Shown: positions 46,074-56,777 of the stretch, one piece after another
Layout of the letters: each line of letters starts with the position of its first letter
Position numbering within the stretch: the first letter of the stretch is position 1
NCBI GenBank assembly: GCA_022703585.1
Contig: JAKLDJ010000007.1
Span: 25,338-89,337, forward strand
Length of the DNA stretch: 64,000 bases
Reading direction: 5' to 3'
Source: Candidatus Omnitrophota bacterium
GTDB taxonomy: Bacteria > Omnitrophota > Gorgyraeia > Zapsychrales > JAKLDJ01
Translations under genes and position numbers: made by a program
Notes under the pieces: generated by a model
Seen by the model: the letters and a program-made list of their open reading frames with translations, nothing else
What the model was told of the DNA's origin: nothing
Databases searched by the model: none

Positions 46074-46793
46074 GTGATCAAGGTTTCCGGTTTATATAAG
46101 GCGATTAACGGCCAGGATATCCTTCAGGATATCAATCTCGAAGTAGAAGACGGCGAAATCCTGGTGATATTGGGCCAGAGCGGGGCGGGAAAAAGTGTTT
46201 TGCTGCAGCACTTGATGGGCCTGCGCAAACCCGACAAGGGAAATGTCGTTATCAGCGGAGTGGATATTACGAATCTTTCCGAGAGGGATCTTTTGAGGGT
46301 AAGGAAGAATATCGGCTACCTTTTTCAGGAAGGCGCTCTGTATGACTTTATGGATGTTTATGAGAATCTCGCCTTTCCGCTTGAAGAACATACGGATTTA
46401 AATGAGGGGCAGATCTCCCAGCGGATAAAGAATGTATTACAGACGGTCGGCCTTGAGGGCGTGGAAGGTAAATACCCGGTGGAATTAAGCGGAGGGATGA
46501 GAAAACGGGTGGCCTTGGCCCGGGCGGTTATTTTAAATTCAAAAATTCTTTTTTGTGACGAGCCGACCTCAGGGCTTGACCCTATCCGCAGCCGGGATAT
46601 TTCGGATTTGATTAGGAATCTATCCAAGCAATTGCAATGCACGACGGTGGTTACCTCTCACGATGTGGCGAATTCGTTTCGTATCGCTGACCGTTTGGCC
46701 CTGATTCATGAGGGCAGGTTGATTGCCGTCGGGATTCAAGGAGAGATCGCGTCGTCCAAGGATCCTTTTGTCAGGCAATTTTTTAAGAATTAA
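46074..46793 (+). CDS. mlaF: MlaF-like ABC transporter ATP-binding protein
   Basis: Walker A GQSGAGKS, signature LSGGMRKRVALARA, Walker B ILFCDEPTSGLD. Confidence 0.9.
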   Translation: MIKVSGLYKAINGQDILQDINLEVEDGEILVILGQSGAGKSVLLQHLMGLRKPDKGNVVISGVDITNLSERDLLRVRKNIGYLFQEGALYDFMDVYENLAFPLEEHTDLNEGQISQRIKNVLQTVGLEGVEGKYPVELSGGMRKRVALARAVILNSKILFCDEPTSGLDPIRSRDISDLIRNLSKQLQCTTVVTSHDVANSFRIADRLALIHEGRLIAVGIQGEIASSKDPFVRQFFKN

Positions 46794-46804
46794 AGAGGTG
46801 GATT

Positions 46805-47398
46805 ATGGAAAAGAGAGATTTTGTTAAAAGGTTTTACGCGGGAATGTTTTTTGTGATCGGCATTATCCTTATCCTGGCGGTTGTCTTTGCTATCGGGATT
46901 GAAAAAGGGATGACTCAGCCGAAGTTTCAAGTCAAAGTCCTGTTTAAGGATATCGGGGGGCTTTCGGTGGGGGCACCGGTCAGACTTTCGGGTGTTAATG
47001 TCGGCACCGTGGGCAAAATCGATTTTATGGAAGAAAAAAACGCAGGCCGGGGTGTCTTGGTAACGCTGAACATTTTTAGGCGTTATCGAAAACAAGTAGA
47101 AAGAAGCGCCAGTTTTGCCATTAAGACCGAAGGGCTTTTAGGCGGAAAGATCATTAACATGACCGCCGACGAGATGGGTCGCAAGATTGATCTCAGCCAA
47201 ATGATTATCGGCGAAGACCCCCTGGATGTCCAGGATCTGGCGGAGTCCTTTGGGGATACCGCGGTATCCTTAACAGAAACTTCCAAGGGCATCAATTCGA
47301 TTATCGAAGAATTGCAGCAAATCTCAAAAACATCCAAAAGGCTGTTAAACCGTATCGAAGAGCGTCTTATCGAAGGGAATCTTTTTAAGGTTTTCTAG
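46805..47398 (+). CDS. mlaD: MlaD-like MCE-domain protein
   Basis: N-terminal TM anchor plus MCE domain (…VLFKDIGGLSVGAPVRLSGVNVGTVGKIDF…). Confidence 0.85.
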   Translation: MEKRDFVKRFYAGMFFVIGIILILAVVFAIGIEKGMTQPKFQVKVLFKDIGGLSVGAPVRLSGVNVGTVGKIDFMEEKNAGRGVLVTLNIFRRYRKQVERSASFAIKTEGLLGGKIINMTADEMGRKIDLSQMIIGEDPLDVQDLAESFGDTAVSLTETSKGINSIIEELQQISKTSKRLLNRIEERLIEGNLFKVF

Positions 47399-47446
47399 GA
47401 GAATCCCGGGAAATATTAAGAGCGGGAAAAGGGAGGACTAAATACA

Positions 47447-47746
47447 ATGTTTATTGTCGGCAATCTGCTGCTCGCTTTAGCCAGGGTGGTTGATGTTCTT
47501 TTGATCATGTTTTACTGGCTGATCCTCATTCGTGCCCTAATAAGCTGGGTGAATCCGGATCCCTATAATACGATTGTCCAATTCTTGTACCGGGTGACGG
47601 AACCGATCCTGCAGCCTATTCGCCGGATATTACCTCCCATGGGGATTGATATTTCTCCCATTATTGCTTTTCTGATTATTGTATTCTTGCAATCGTTTCT
47701 CGTCAGGACACTGACGGAACTCAGTTTTAAACTGCGCTACGAATGA
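47447..47746 (+). CDS. yggT: YggT-family membrane protein
   Basis: 99 aa, LIRALISWVNPDPYNTIVQFLYRVTEPILQPIRR is the YggT/Ycf19 signature. Confidence 0.8.
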   Translation: MFIVGNLLLALARVVDVLLIMFYWLILIRALISWVNPDPYNTIVQFLYRVTEPILQPIRRILPPMGIDISPIIAFLIIVFLQSFLVRTLTELSFKLRYE

Positions 47747-47802
47747 TATTCTTAAAAGCACGGGGTGTGCTTAAGTAATCTTAAAAAGGGGAGATTTTAG
47801 TT

Positions 47803-48096
47803 ATGCTGGATAAAATGAAACAATTGATGGAAATCAAAAAGCAGGCCGAAAGGATGAAGCGTGAGTTAGAGGCGGCAAAAATCGTGCTCGACGAAGGCCG
47901 CGGGATTAAAGTGACCATTAACGGCGCGCAATCGTTTCAATCCGTCGAAATTAACGATTCTTTAATGAACGTCAACACCAAAGAAAGGTTCGAAGCGGAG
48001 TTGTTGCGCGCTATCAACACCGCCATCCACAAATCCCAGGCCTTGGCCGCAGAAAAGATGAAATCTGCGATGAATTTAAATATGCCGGGCCTATAA
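47803..48096 (+). CDS. ybaB: YbaB/EbfC-family nucleoid-associated protein
   Basis: 97 aa, MLDKMKQLMEIKKQAERMKRELE...GAQSFQSVEINDSLMN. Confidence 0.8.
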   Translation: MLDKMKQLMEIKKQAERMKRELEAAKIVLDEGRGIKVTINGAQSFQSVEINDSLMNVNTKERFEAELLRAINTAIHKSQALAAEKMKSAMNLNMPGL

Positions 48097-48168
48097 CAAG
48101 ATTCTATATAAATCTACCGTCTTGCCAGGAGCAGGTGCGCATGATTAACAACAAACAAGGAGCGAAAA

Positions 48169-48402
48169 ATGCCTTACGATAAGTCGTTGGATGTGGCCGT
48201 ATTTAAAGAGATCAAAGATTTTGGCGATACGCGTATTACGGTAGGGGTATTTTCCTACAATAATGGAGAGAAAAAACTTCAGATGTCCCGCGAAGATAAA
48301 ATTCAGGGTGAAGACTGGCAGTATGTCAAGCTCGGCCGCTTAACCAAGAACGAAGCCGAGGGGATACTTCCGCTGATTAATCAAGCCTTGGGGAAGATGT
48401 AA
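48169..48402 (+). CDS. Hypothetical small protein (77 aa)
   Basis: The ORF has a plausible RBS (aaggag) but no recognisable domain. It could be YdbC/PC4-like, but that is unverified. Confidence 0.4.
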   Translation: MPYDKSLDVAVFKEIKDFGDTRITVGVFSYNNGEKKLQMSREDKIQGEDWQYVKLGRLTKNEAEGILPLINQALGKM

Positions 48403-48514
48403 TTTCCGAGGATGTTGCCGGCATTTCTTGCCTTTTAAGAGAAGGCGCGCTTCTCTAAGACCAGGCTGCGTCTTAAGAAGTGCCGGGGGCATATCTTTAG
48501 AATTAGAAAAATCT

Positions 48515-50581
48515 ATGACAACACCCATCATGGGCAGTTCTGCAAAAGGCATCTTGCAAGTCATCAAGGAATTGCGGAGCTCTCTTAAAGAAAACCGTCT
48601 TCTCGGGGTATTTTTGATTATCCTGTCGGCGGGGATCATTTCGTATGCCAGCGGCCTGCTGGCGGATTTTCAATTTGATGACTACTATACAATAGTCAAT
48701 AACCCGCTCATTAAACATTTTAGCCCTTCCGTTTTGTGGGACCACTACAAGGCAAGGCTTGTCACCAATTTCTCCTTTACCCTTAATTATCTTTTGTTTG
48801 GGCTCAATGTTTTCTGGTGGCATATCGTTAATCTGATTATCCATGTTGTTGCCGCTTTCTTTGCCTATCTCTTGACGCTGATTACCCTGCAGTCTCCCGT
48901 GCTTAAGGATAAATTTAAAGACGATGACAGGCATCTTATTGCCTTGTTCTCGTCACTGATCTTTCTTCTCCATCCGGTTCAAACCCAAGCCGTAACTTAT
49001 ATTGTCCAAAGGGCGACATCCTTAGCCGGTTTGTTTTATTTAGGAACGATGTATTTTTACGCCCGGGCAAGATTGAATAATCATGTTCGATCGTATCTAT
49101 GGGCGGTTATTTTTGCTCTTTTAGGGTCGATGACCAAGCCGATTGTGATTACGCTCCCGTTTATGATTATCCTGTATGATTTTTGTTTTTTGTCTTCCTT
49201 GCGCAAAACAAAACTGGAGAAGTTTTTCTTATGGGCCTTGTTTTTGTCCCCGATTATTACCGTGCCCTTTCTTTTGGTGGGTAAGGCAGATTTTACCTGG
49301 GAGTCCATCCAGACCATCCAGGGGTACGGCACCATGCCCCAGATTCATTATCTGCTGACGCAAATCAAGGTGGTGATGACATACGTGCGCCTTTTATTCT
49401 TTCCCGTCGGGCAGAACCTTGATTATGACTACAGAATTGCCGCAAGTTTCTTTGAGCCGGCGGTCTTTTTCTCCGCGATAGGGCTCCTGGCCCTAGCCTG
49501 GTTGGCGTTAAGGCTCTTTAAGGTTAACCGATTGATGAGTTTTGGGATTCTGTGGTTTTTTATCGCCTTGAGCGCGCAATCGAGTATTTTTCCCCTACTG
49601 GATGTCATCTATGAACATCGTTTGTATCTGGCTGTTTACGGGTTTTCGGTATTTCTATGTATCGCGCTTTACAAGATTATCAAATTCCCCAAATTGTATA
49701 TAACGGTCATGGGTTTTATTATTCTTGCGCTGGCGACGACGACGTGCCTTCGCAATATGCTCTGGGCTGACTCGGTCGCTTTTATGCAGGATGTGGTTAA
49801 AAAATCTCCCAACAAGGCCCGGCCGCATAATAATTTAGGATTTATCTATTTTACCCGCGGGGATTTTGCCCGGGCGGAGAGCGAATACAAAAAGGCCATC
49901 GCGCTCGACCCGAATTATTTTGTTGCCTATAACAATCTGGGGATGGCCTATTATGAGCAGGATAAGATTGATGAGGCCAAAGAGGTATTCGAGAAAGTTA
50001 TTATGATGTATCCTGATTATCCGGATCCGTATACGGGGCTGGGATTAGTTTATCAGGGATTAGGCAGAGAGGATTTCTCATTTCGCTTGTTTACCGAAGC
50101 CGTTACGATTTATCCCTACAATGCCGCCGGCTATATCGGCCTGGGCAATATTTATCAAAGCCGGGGGGATTTGGTAACGGCTAAAAAGCAGTTTGAAAAG
50201 GCCGTGTGGTTTAATCCCGATAGCGCGTTTGCCCATTATAACCTCGGAAACGTCAGCCTCCGGCAGGGGAATTTCTACGAGGCGTTGTTAAGCTATCAGC
50301 GGGCGGTTAGGATTCGCCCTGATTTTGCCCAGGCGTTTAACAATATGGGAAATATCTTTTTTTACTTCGGTGACTATGAAAAAGCCGTCGATGTTTACAA
50401 AAAGTCCATACAGTATAATCCGTCTCTGCCCGAAACTCATCTCAATCTTGCTAACGCGCTTTTTGAAGTGGGCCGCATCGCTGATTCCAGGTATTTTGCC
50501 TCGCGGGCGGTAGAACTCTACCGTCGTCAAGGGAGAAGCAATACGGCCGATCAGATTCAAGAGAAATTACCTTCCCCTTAA
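48515..50581 (+). CDS. GT-C-fold glycosyltransferase (PMT/ArnT-like membrane domain) fused to C-terminal TPR repeats
   Basis: N-terminal polytopic domain with a first-loop acidic motif (FQFDDYY) and C-terminal TPR units (AYNNLGMAYYEQDKIDEA, etc.). Start chosen at MTTPIM; the listed ORF begins at 48428. Confidence 0.7.
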   Translation: MTTPIMGSSAKGILQVIKELRSSLKENRLLGVFLIILSAGIISYASGLLADFQFDDYYTIVNNPLIKHFSPSVLWDHYKARLVTNFSFTLNYLLFGLNVFWWHIVNLIIHVVAAFFAYLLTLITLQSPVLKDKFKDDDRHLIALFSSLIFLLHPVQTQAVTYIVQRATSLAGLFYLGTMYFYARARLNNHVRSYLWAVIFALLGSMTKPIVITLPFMIILYDFCFLSSLRKTKLEKFFLWALFLSPIITVPFLLVGKADFTWESIQTIQGYGTMPQIHYLLTQIKVVMTYVRLLFFPVGQNLDYDYRIAASFFEPAVFFSAIGLLALAWLALRLFKVNRLMSFGILWFFIALSAQSSIFPLLDVIYEHRLYLAVYGFSVFLCIALYKIIKFPKLYITVMGFIILALATTTCLRNMLWADSVAFMQDVVKKSPNKARPHNNLGFIYFTRGDFARAESEYKKAIALDPNYFVAYNNLGMAYYEQDKIDEAKEVFEKVIMMYPDYPDPYTGLGLVYQGLGREDFSFRLFTEAVTIYPYNAAGYIGLGNIYQSRGDLVTAKKQFEKAVWFNPDSAFAHYNLGNVSLRQGNFYEALLSYQRAVRIRPDFAQAFNNMGNIFFYFGDYEKAVDVYKKSIQYNPSLPETHLNLANALFEVGRIADSRYFASRAVELYRRQGRSNTADQIQEKLPSP

Positions 50582-50587
50582 AATCCC

Positions 50588-52612
50588 ATGAATGGCTTAA
50601 CACGATTTCTTAGACATTTTTTATTTTGCCTTTTGACGGCTATCCTGGGAATAGGTATTTACCGAGGAGCCTTCCGGGCCCCATTTCAATTTGACGATCT
50701 TCTTACTGTTGTTGAAAATCCTTCGATTAAAAGCCTTTCCGATATCGGATGGATCTGGTTTTTTGACCCGTCCCGGTTTTTGACTCATCTTAGTTTTGCC
50801 CTTAATTATCGTTTCGCGGGTTTGGAAACTTACGGTTATCATTTGGTAAATTTCGGCATCCATCTGTTGACGGCGTGGATGGTGTATATCTTGTTAAGGA
50901 TGATCGTCTTGCCGAAATTAAAAGATTTTTCCCGTGCGCGGGCTGAGGCGATTATCATTTTTGCGGCATTGATTTTTTTGTGCCACCCCATTCAAACCGC
51001 AGCTGTTACCTATGTGGCGCAGCGGTCAACGCTTTTGGCGAGTTTTTTTTATTTGTCTTCGATGATTTTTTATATAGCGTATCGGACTAGAGGAAAAAGG
51101 AGTTATTATCTCTGGGCCATTCTCGTCGCTTGCGTCGGATTATTTACAAAGCCGATCATTATTACCCTGCCGTTGGCGATGGTGTTGTATGAGGTTTTCT
51201 TTTTGGGCCTGACGGAAAATCCCGATAAGAAGAAAATTCTTAAAGGGCTCATGCCGTTTTTCCTCATGATTATCGTTGTGCCGTCTCTTTTGGTCTTATG
51301 GAAATATAAGTCGTTTGATCTTAACAACCTGCTGTCCGTGACCCAGGAAACGGCCAAGATATCCCGAAAAGATTATCTTTTGACCGAATTCAATGTTCTC
51401 ATGACGTATTTAAAGTTGTTGATTGTGCCGGTTAATCAAAACCTGGATTATGATTTTCCTATCGCGAAAAATTTCTTTGCCTTTCCTACGTATGTCTCAT
51501 TTCTGGCGCTTCTGGCGATTTTCTTATTTGCCTTGCGTATGTACAAGACGCAGAAATTGTTTGCCTTTGCCGTTGCCTGGTTTTTCCTGACCCTAAGCCT
51601 GGAATCGAGTGTGTTTCCTATCTCGGACGTTATTTTTGAACACCGGCTTTATCTGCCCATGGTCGGATTTGTTATTTTTGTTTCGCTGGGTTTGGCGCGG
51701 CTCATCGGTAATCGCTATGTATACGTCGGGGCGATGTTTTTTGTTATTGCCGTGTTTTCTTTCTTGACCTACCAGAGAAATCTTCTTTGGGGAGACCGAA
51801 TAGCTTTTTTAAACGATGTCGCCCAAAAATCTCCCCGTAAGCCCCGGGTTCACAACAACCTGGGCTTTGTCTATCATGAACAAGGGAATTTGAGGGCGGC
51901 CGAAGCAGAATACAACAAGGCTGTTGCCCTCGATTCCGACTATGCCCATCCGCTTAATAATCTGGCCAATATCTATATGGCCGAGGGGAGAATTCCCGAG
52001 GCGTTGGCAGCGCTTGAACAGGCCCTAAAAATCGATCCCCGCTATGCGGCGCCGTATTACAACCTCGGAAATATTTATAGGGATAAGGGGGATTTTAAGA
52101 AAGCGAAGGAATTTTACGAGAAGGGAATGAGGATTAACCCTGATCTTGCGCAATTTCATGCCGGCCTGGGTTTCGTTTATTTGCAAAAAGGAGACGTTGA
52201 TTTGGCGGAATCTTATTTTCAGCAGGCCATTTCGCTAAACCCGGATTTTGGCTATGCCTATTATGGGTTGGCCGACCTGTATTTAAAGACAGGGAAGCAT
52301 CACCCGGCACTTGAAATGTATCTTAAGGCAATCAAGCTAAAACCGGATTTTGCGCCGGGATTCAACGACATCGGAAATCTTTATGATATGCAGGGGGATT
52401 ATGACCTTGCCATCGAGAGCTATCAAAAGGCGATCAAGCTTGATTCGAGGTTTGCCAACGCCTATCTGAATCTGGCGAATAGCCTCAAGAAGGCAAAACG
52501 TTTTAAAGAATCCCGGGAGGCATTGATGCGCGCCCTGGAGATTTATAACCAGAAGCGGAATAAGGCGATGGCTGAAATTTCCCGTAAGAGGTTGCAGGAA
52601 TTGCCGGAATAA
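50588..52612 (+). CDS. Paralogous GT-C-fold glycosyltransferase with TPR repeats
   Basis: Same architecture as the upstream gene (FQFDDLL motif, 6+ TPR units). Confidence 0.7.
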   Translation: MNGLTRFLRHFLFCLLTAILGIGIYRGAFRAPFQFDDLLTVVENPSIKSLSDIGWIWFFDPSRFLTHLSFALNYRFAGLETYGYHLVNFGIHLLTAWMVYILLRMIVLPKLKDFSRARAEAIIIFAALIFLCHPIQTAAVTYVAQRSTLLASFFYLSSMIFYIAYRTRGKRSYYLWAILVACVGLFTKPIIITLPLAMVLYEVFFLGLTENPDKKKILKGLMPFFLMIIVVPSLLVLWKYKSFDLNNLLSVTQETAKISRKDYLLTEFNVLMTYLKLLIVPVNQNLDYDFPIAKNFFAFPTYVSFLALLAIFLFALRMYKTQKLFAFAVAWFFLTLSLESSVFPISDVIFEHRLYLPMVGFVIFVSLGLARLIGNRYVYVGAMFFVIAVFSFLTYQRNLLWGDRIAFLNDVAQKSPRKPRVHNNLGFVYHEQGNLRAAEAEYNKAVALDSDYAHPLNNLANIYMAEGRIPEALAALEQALKIDPRYAAPYYNLGNIYRDKGDFKKAKEFYEKGMRINPDLAQFHAGLGFVYLQKGDVDLAESYFQQAISLNPDFGYAYYGLADLYLKTGKHHPALEMYLKAIKLKPDFAPGFNDIGNLYDMQGDYDLAIESYQKAIKLDSRFANAYLNLANSLKKAKRFKESREALMRALEIYNQKRNKAMAEISRKRLQELPE

Positions 52613-52702
52613 TATAGAATCATCTTTAAGAGAAATGAATATCTCCAGGGCAGAGTTGCCCGGAGGACACCGAAAACTTTTAAATTATCCTAAAGAGGAA
52701 TT

Positions 52703-53176
52703 ATGGCCCAAGAGATCTATTTAACAAAAGCCGGTTTTGAAAAATTAAGGGAAGAGCTGGAGAATCTTAAAACGGTTGAACGCCGCAGGATCGCTAGGGC
52801 TATCGGCGAGGCGAGGCTGCAGGGCGATATTTCGGAAAATGCCGAATACGATGCCGCCAAGGATGCCCAGGCCCATTGCGAGGCCAGGATCGCGGAACTA
52901 GAGGTCAAGCTCGCCAAGGTTCGCATTATCGAGAACGAGGATATTCCGTCGGATAAAGTATTTATTGGAGCCATCGTTACCCTTAAGGATTTAGATACGG
53001 GTGAGGAAACGAAATATACACTGGTGTCGCCCGAAGAGGCCAATTACGAGCAAGGGAAAATATCAATCTTTTCTCCCGTGGGAAAGTCTTTAATGGGACA
53101 TAGCCAAAACGAAGAAGTTGTCGTCCGTGTCCCTGCCGGGGATCTTAAATATAAAATTATCAGCATTGATCGATAA
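52703..53176 (+). CDS. greA: Transcription elongation factor GreA
   Basis: 157 aa with an N-terminal coiled coil and C-terminal FKBP-like domain (…GDLKYKIISIDR). Confidence 0.9.
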   Translation: MAQEIYLTKAGFEKLREELENLKTVERRRIARAIGEARLQGDISENAEYDAAKDAQAHCEARIAELEVKLAKVRIIENEDIPSDKVFIGAIVTLKDLDTGEETKYTLVSPEEANYEQGKISIFSPVGKSLMGHSQNEEVVVRVPAGDLKYKIISIDR

Positions 53177-53190
53177 AGCGGGATTTTCAA

Positions 53191-54651
53191 TCAGGCCTTG
53201 CGCCCTTCCTTGTTGTTATCTTCCCAGAAAGAATAAAGAATCCAGAATAAAGCAGCCGGCAGAAGCGAAAAGAGTATCCGGTTCAAGCTCACCGAAAGCC
53301 ACCAGAGTATTTCAAAATAAGTATTCAACCAGTAATAGAAGGCGACCGTAAGGCCGTAAAGGGCAAAGAATGCCGGAAAGACGATCTTTTCCTGCCTCAA
53401 TGATTTCTTTACACTTAAGATCATCCCCGCCAATAAAATAATCCAAATCCCGCCCCATTTCGCGCTTGTCAATTCCGCCAGAAAGAAAAGCGCGATCGCT
53501 TTTAAACGGTAAAGGCCGACTCTTTCCGTCAAGCCGGAAAATATACTGGTGAATGTCTGGTTTGGCGGGGCATAGAGGAGCTGGAAAATAATTGTCGGCA
53601 AGGATGCAATCAGCAATCCCGAGAGGAAATATAAAACGGAGTTTAACCCTAAAGAGCCCTTTGTTTTTCTAGACACAAGAAGGGTGACGGTCATAATCGC
53701 GGCTAAGATAAGTGCCGCGATCGTTCCTTCACTTTTTGAAAAACTTAAAAACCCTAAAAATAATCCCGTCAAAAACAAAAAGATTTTATTTTCACCGCGC
53801 CAAGCTATCACAAAACAAAGCAGGGCCGCTAAAACGAAATAGGCGACGACGATATCCGCATACTGGCTGGTTGCCAGCGTGTTAAAAAAAGGCAGGGTGA
53901 TTAAAAAGCAGGCACCCAGGATGCCGGGGGTATTCCTGCCGGTAACCATTTTTAACCCTGACAGAAGCAACCCGACGGTGATAAGGCTGAAGAGGACCGA
54001 ATTGATTAAGGGGATTATGGGCGCCGTGTCTTGGGCCCAAATCCATCCCCAGACATTGACCAGGGGCAACAGCAGGGGATAGTGGGGGCTGGAGCGCCAC
54101 AGGGCAGGATCCAAAATATTCTTCCAATCGGCGCCGCCCAGGAAAAGAAATTTTGCCTTTAAATTCCAGCATGACCATGCGTCCCATCCCCCTAACGGAT
54201 AAAGACCGGCGTGCAGGTAAAGGGTCAGGCCGGAGGCTGCCAAAACAATCCAGGGGATAACCCGGCGGATTCCGGCACTTTTGAGTTTCCTGAAATTCAT
54301 TAAAGAAAAATCTTCCTTTCTGAAGGATTGGCGCCCGATAAAGACAAGCAGGGCGAGCAAGATGAAATGTCCGGCGATAACGAAAAGATTGTCGAGCCTG
54401 TCCAGGAATAGAAAGCTGCAAAATACAATATAAGCGCTTATGCCCAGCCCCAGGCCCATCGATAAAAATAAACGCGTGCTTAAAAGCATCGATGTCTCCC
54501 GGCGCAGTATTACGGCCAGCAAAAAGAAGCCGATTAAAAAAGAGATTATATAAGAAAGGGAATATGTCACGGTTTCTTTCCCGCCAGGATAACGCCGAAT
54601 TGATTCTTCTTTAAAGGGATGGCATTGCTGGCGCGTATCTTTTCTTGGCAT
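53191..54651 (-). CDS. Polytopic membrane protein, possible GT-C/ArnT-like glycosyltransferase
   Basis: 486 aa with 10 or more TM helices. Convergent with greA. The start is ambiguous (the internal Met at about 54489 would remove the 85-nt overlap with the upstream gene). Confidence 0.5.
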   Translation of the reverse strand: MPRKDTRQQCHPFKEESIRRYPGGKETVTYSLSYIISFLIGFFLLAVILRRETSMLLSTRLFLSMGLGLGISAYIVFCSFLFLDRLDNLFVIAGHFILLALLVFIGRQSFRKEDFSLMNFRKLKSAGIRRVIPWIVLAASGLTLYLHAGLYPLGGWDAWSCWNLKAKFLFLGGADWKNILDPALWRSSPHYPLLLPLVNVWGWIWAQDTAPIIPLINSVLFSLITVGLLLSGLKMVTGRNTPGILGACFLITLPFFNTLATSQYADIVVAYFVLAALLCFVIAWRGENKIFLFLTGLFLGFLSFSKSEGTIAALILAAIMTVTLLVSRKTKGSLGLNSVLYFLSGLLIASLPTIIFQLLYAPPNQTFTSIFSGLTERVGLYRLKAIALFFLAELTSAKWGGIWIILLAGMILSVKKSLRQEKIVFPAFFALYGLTVAFYYWLNTYFEILWWLSVSLNRILFSLLPAALFWILYSFWEDNNKEGRKA

Positions 54652-55001
54652 TTCTCTTGGGATGAACAGTCAAAGAGGGTGAAGGCGTGATTAAGGTTAT
54701 AAGGATCGAGGATGGCCGGAGCCAGGATATATTGGGCCTGGGAAAATTGGGCGGCCTCGGAGTTTTTTGACAAATCCCTGTCGGTGTAATACCCGATACG
54801 GGTAACCCCTCCTAGTATTTTATCCAAACCCGCGAACTTCATTCCCAGAAAATAAAAGGGGAGGTTATTTCTTTGCGCGATATTTTTTGGGGTTTTTTTG
54901 AAAAGTTCGATTGCATTAATAATGATAGCGATAATAATGATGGCGGAAAAGACGGATTTTAAGCCGATATATCGCGGGAAAACTTTTAATAATTTCATCA
55001 T
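54567..55001 (-). CDS. Hypothetical membrane-anchored protein (144 aa)
   Basis: N-terminal TM helix and no recognisable domain. Confidence 0.4.
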   Translation of the reverse strand: MMKLLKVFPRYIGLKSVFSAIIIIAIIINAIELFKKTPKNIAQRNNLPFYFLGMKFAGLDKILGGVTRIGYYTDRDLSKNSEAAQFSQAQYILAPAILDPYNLNHAFTLFDCSSQEKCQEKIRASNAIPLKKNQFGVILAGKKP

Positions 55002-55188
55002 CCGGGCCTTTGAAGCGAGAAGTGTTGTTATGGAATACGATTGTTATTCTACCCAGACATCCCCGGCATTGCAACCGAAAACTGCTCCGCATGCCTTTTT
55101 GCTGCCGGAATGAAAAGAAAAACTTCCTTAGCCATTTTGGCCTAATATCATATATAATAATGCGTAATATTCATATAAGGAGGGAGAT

Positions 55189-56205
55189 TTGGTTCATATC
55201 GGTGTTGTCGGGTTTGGCCATTGGGGGCCTAACCATGTCAGGATTTTCTCGTCCCTGTTGAATTCCAAGGTCTTGATGTGTAGCGACTTAAGCCAAGACA
55301 GGCTTAAGGCAATCAAGAATTTATTTCCTTCTATCGGGGTTACCGCTGATTACCGGGATATTTTAGCTAAAAAAGAGATCGATGCGGTCTGCATTTCTAC
55401 GCCTACCAGCAGCCATTTTTCTATCGCCAAAGAAGCCTTAGAACACAATAAACATGTCCTTTGTGAAAAACCCCTGGCCTTGAAGCCCGATGAATGCCGT
55501 GAATTGGAAACCCTCGCCAAAAAAAATAAAAAGGTATTGATGGTGGGCCATGTTTTTGTCTTTAATGCGGGCATTGTCCGCCTGAAGGAATATATCAAAA
55601 ATAGCGAGCTAGGGACGATTCATTACGCACATTCCGAGAGGACCAATCTGGGGCCTTTTCGCTATGATGTCAACGCCCTTTGGGACCTAGCCCCGCACGA
55701 TATCGCCATCTTTAACTACTTATTTGACAGTTGCCCGGTGAGCGTTTCCGCGCGCGGGCAGAAATGCCTGGGGACTTCTCATGAGGACCTGGCGTTTGCT
55801 ACGCTGGAATACCCGAATAATATCCTGGTCAATGTGCATGTGAGCTGGCTTGACCCAAAGAAGGTAAGGCAGATTACTATTGTGGGTGACAAGAAAATGG
55901 TTATCTGGGATGACTTGGATAATGTCGGCCCGGTCAAATTATACGACAAGTATGTCGAGAAGACATCCGTCTTTTATGAAACCTACGGGGAATTTCAACT
56001 ATTGTCCCGGGAAGGCAGCATCACGATTCCAAAAATCAATTTAGTTGAACCCTTAAAAGCCCAGAATCAATATTTTATTGATTGTATTGAAAAAGGAAAT
56101 TCTTCCGAAATCTCGGACGCGGGAAAAGGATTCGATGTGGTAAAGACTTTGTGCGCCATCCAGGAGTCGATTAACAAAAGAGGCGTGCCGGTCGAGGTCC
56201 GATAA
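55189..56205 (+). CDS. Gfo/Idh/MocA-family NAD(P)-dependent sugar oxidoreductase (WbpB-like)
   Basis: Rossmann N-terminus (VHIGVVGFGHWGPNH) and MocA C-terminal domain, with an alternative (TTG/GTG) start. Confidence 0.8.
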   Translation: MVHIGVVGFGHWGPNHVRIFSSLLNSKVLMCSDLSQDRLKAIKNLFPSIGVTADYRDILAKKEIDAVCISTPTSSHFSIAKEALEHNKHVLCEKPLALKPDECRELETLAKKNKKVLMVGHVFVFNAGIVRLKEYIKNSELGTIHYAHSERTNLGPFRYDVNALWDLAPHDIAIFNYLFDSCPVSVSARGQKCLGTSHEDLAFATLEYPNNILVNVHVSWLDPKKVRQITIVGDKKMVIWDDLDNVGPVKLYDKYVEKTSVFYETYGEFQLLSREGSITIPKINLVEPLKAQNQYFIDCIEKGNSSEISDAGKGFDVVKTLCAIQESINKRGVPVEVR

Positions 56206-56210
56206 TCAAA

Positions 56211-56777
56211 ATGATCAAGCCAAAGTATTTTAAACACAAAACTGCCCTTATTGCCCCCAGGGCCAAGATTGGCGACGGGACCCGGGTCTGGGCGTTTACC
56301 AACATCCAGGACGGCGCCGTCGTCGGGAGGAATTGCAATATCTGTGACGGTTGTTTCATAGAGAAAGGGGCTGTTGTCGGAAATCATGTGACTCTAAAAA
56401 ACGGCGTATCGGTTTTTGAAGGGATTACGCTGGAAGATGATGTCTTTTGCGCGACGAATGCCGCTTTTATCAACGACAGGCATCCGCGCAGCCACCGAAA
56501 AGATCCGTGGATTTTGGAAAGGACAACGGTTAAGAAAGGCGCGACCATAGGCGCCAACGCGACCGTGATGTGCGGGGTGGTGGTGGGAGAGTATGCGGTG
56601 GTGGGGGCCGGAAGTGTTGTGACCAAAGATGTCCCTGCCTACGCGATTGTTTTAGGGGTCCCGGCGAAGGTTAAAGGTTACGCCTGCCGTTGCGGCCGGA
56701 AGCTCAATCAAGATTTTCAATGTTCCTGCGGACTTAACTATACCCTGGCACAGCAGGGCCTTAAGCTGAATGAATAA
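56211..56777 (+). CDS. Left-handed beta-helix (hexapeptide) acetyltransferase with C-terminal Cys4 zinc-ribbon (WbpD-like)
   Basis: Hexapeptide repeats (…VGRNCNICDGCFIEKGAVVGNHVTLKNGVSVFEG…) and a C-terminal CRCGRK…CSCG motif. Confidence 0.75.
   Translation: MIKPKYFKHKTALIAPRAKIGDGTRVWAFTNIQDGAVVGRNCNICDGCFIEKGAVVGNHVTLKNGVSVFEGITLEDDVFCATNAAFINDRHPRSHRKDPWILERTTVKKGATIGANATVMCGVVVGEYAVVGAGSVVTKDVPAYAIVLGVPAKVKGYACRCGRKLNQDFQCSCGLNYTLAQQGLKLNE

Noticed and set aside
53882-54421. A 179-aa plus-frame/minus ORFs (53879..54082 +, 53882..54421 -) inside the 486-aa membrane protein gene
   Set aside because: These are alternative frames of a GC-rich polytopic membrane gene. They show no independent support.
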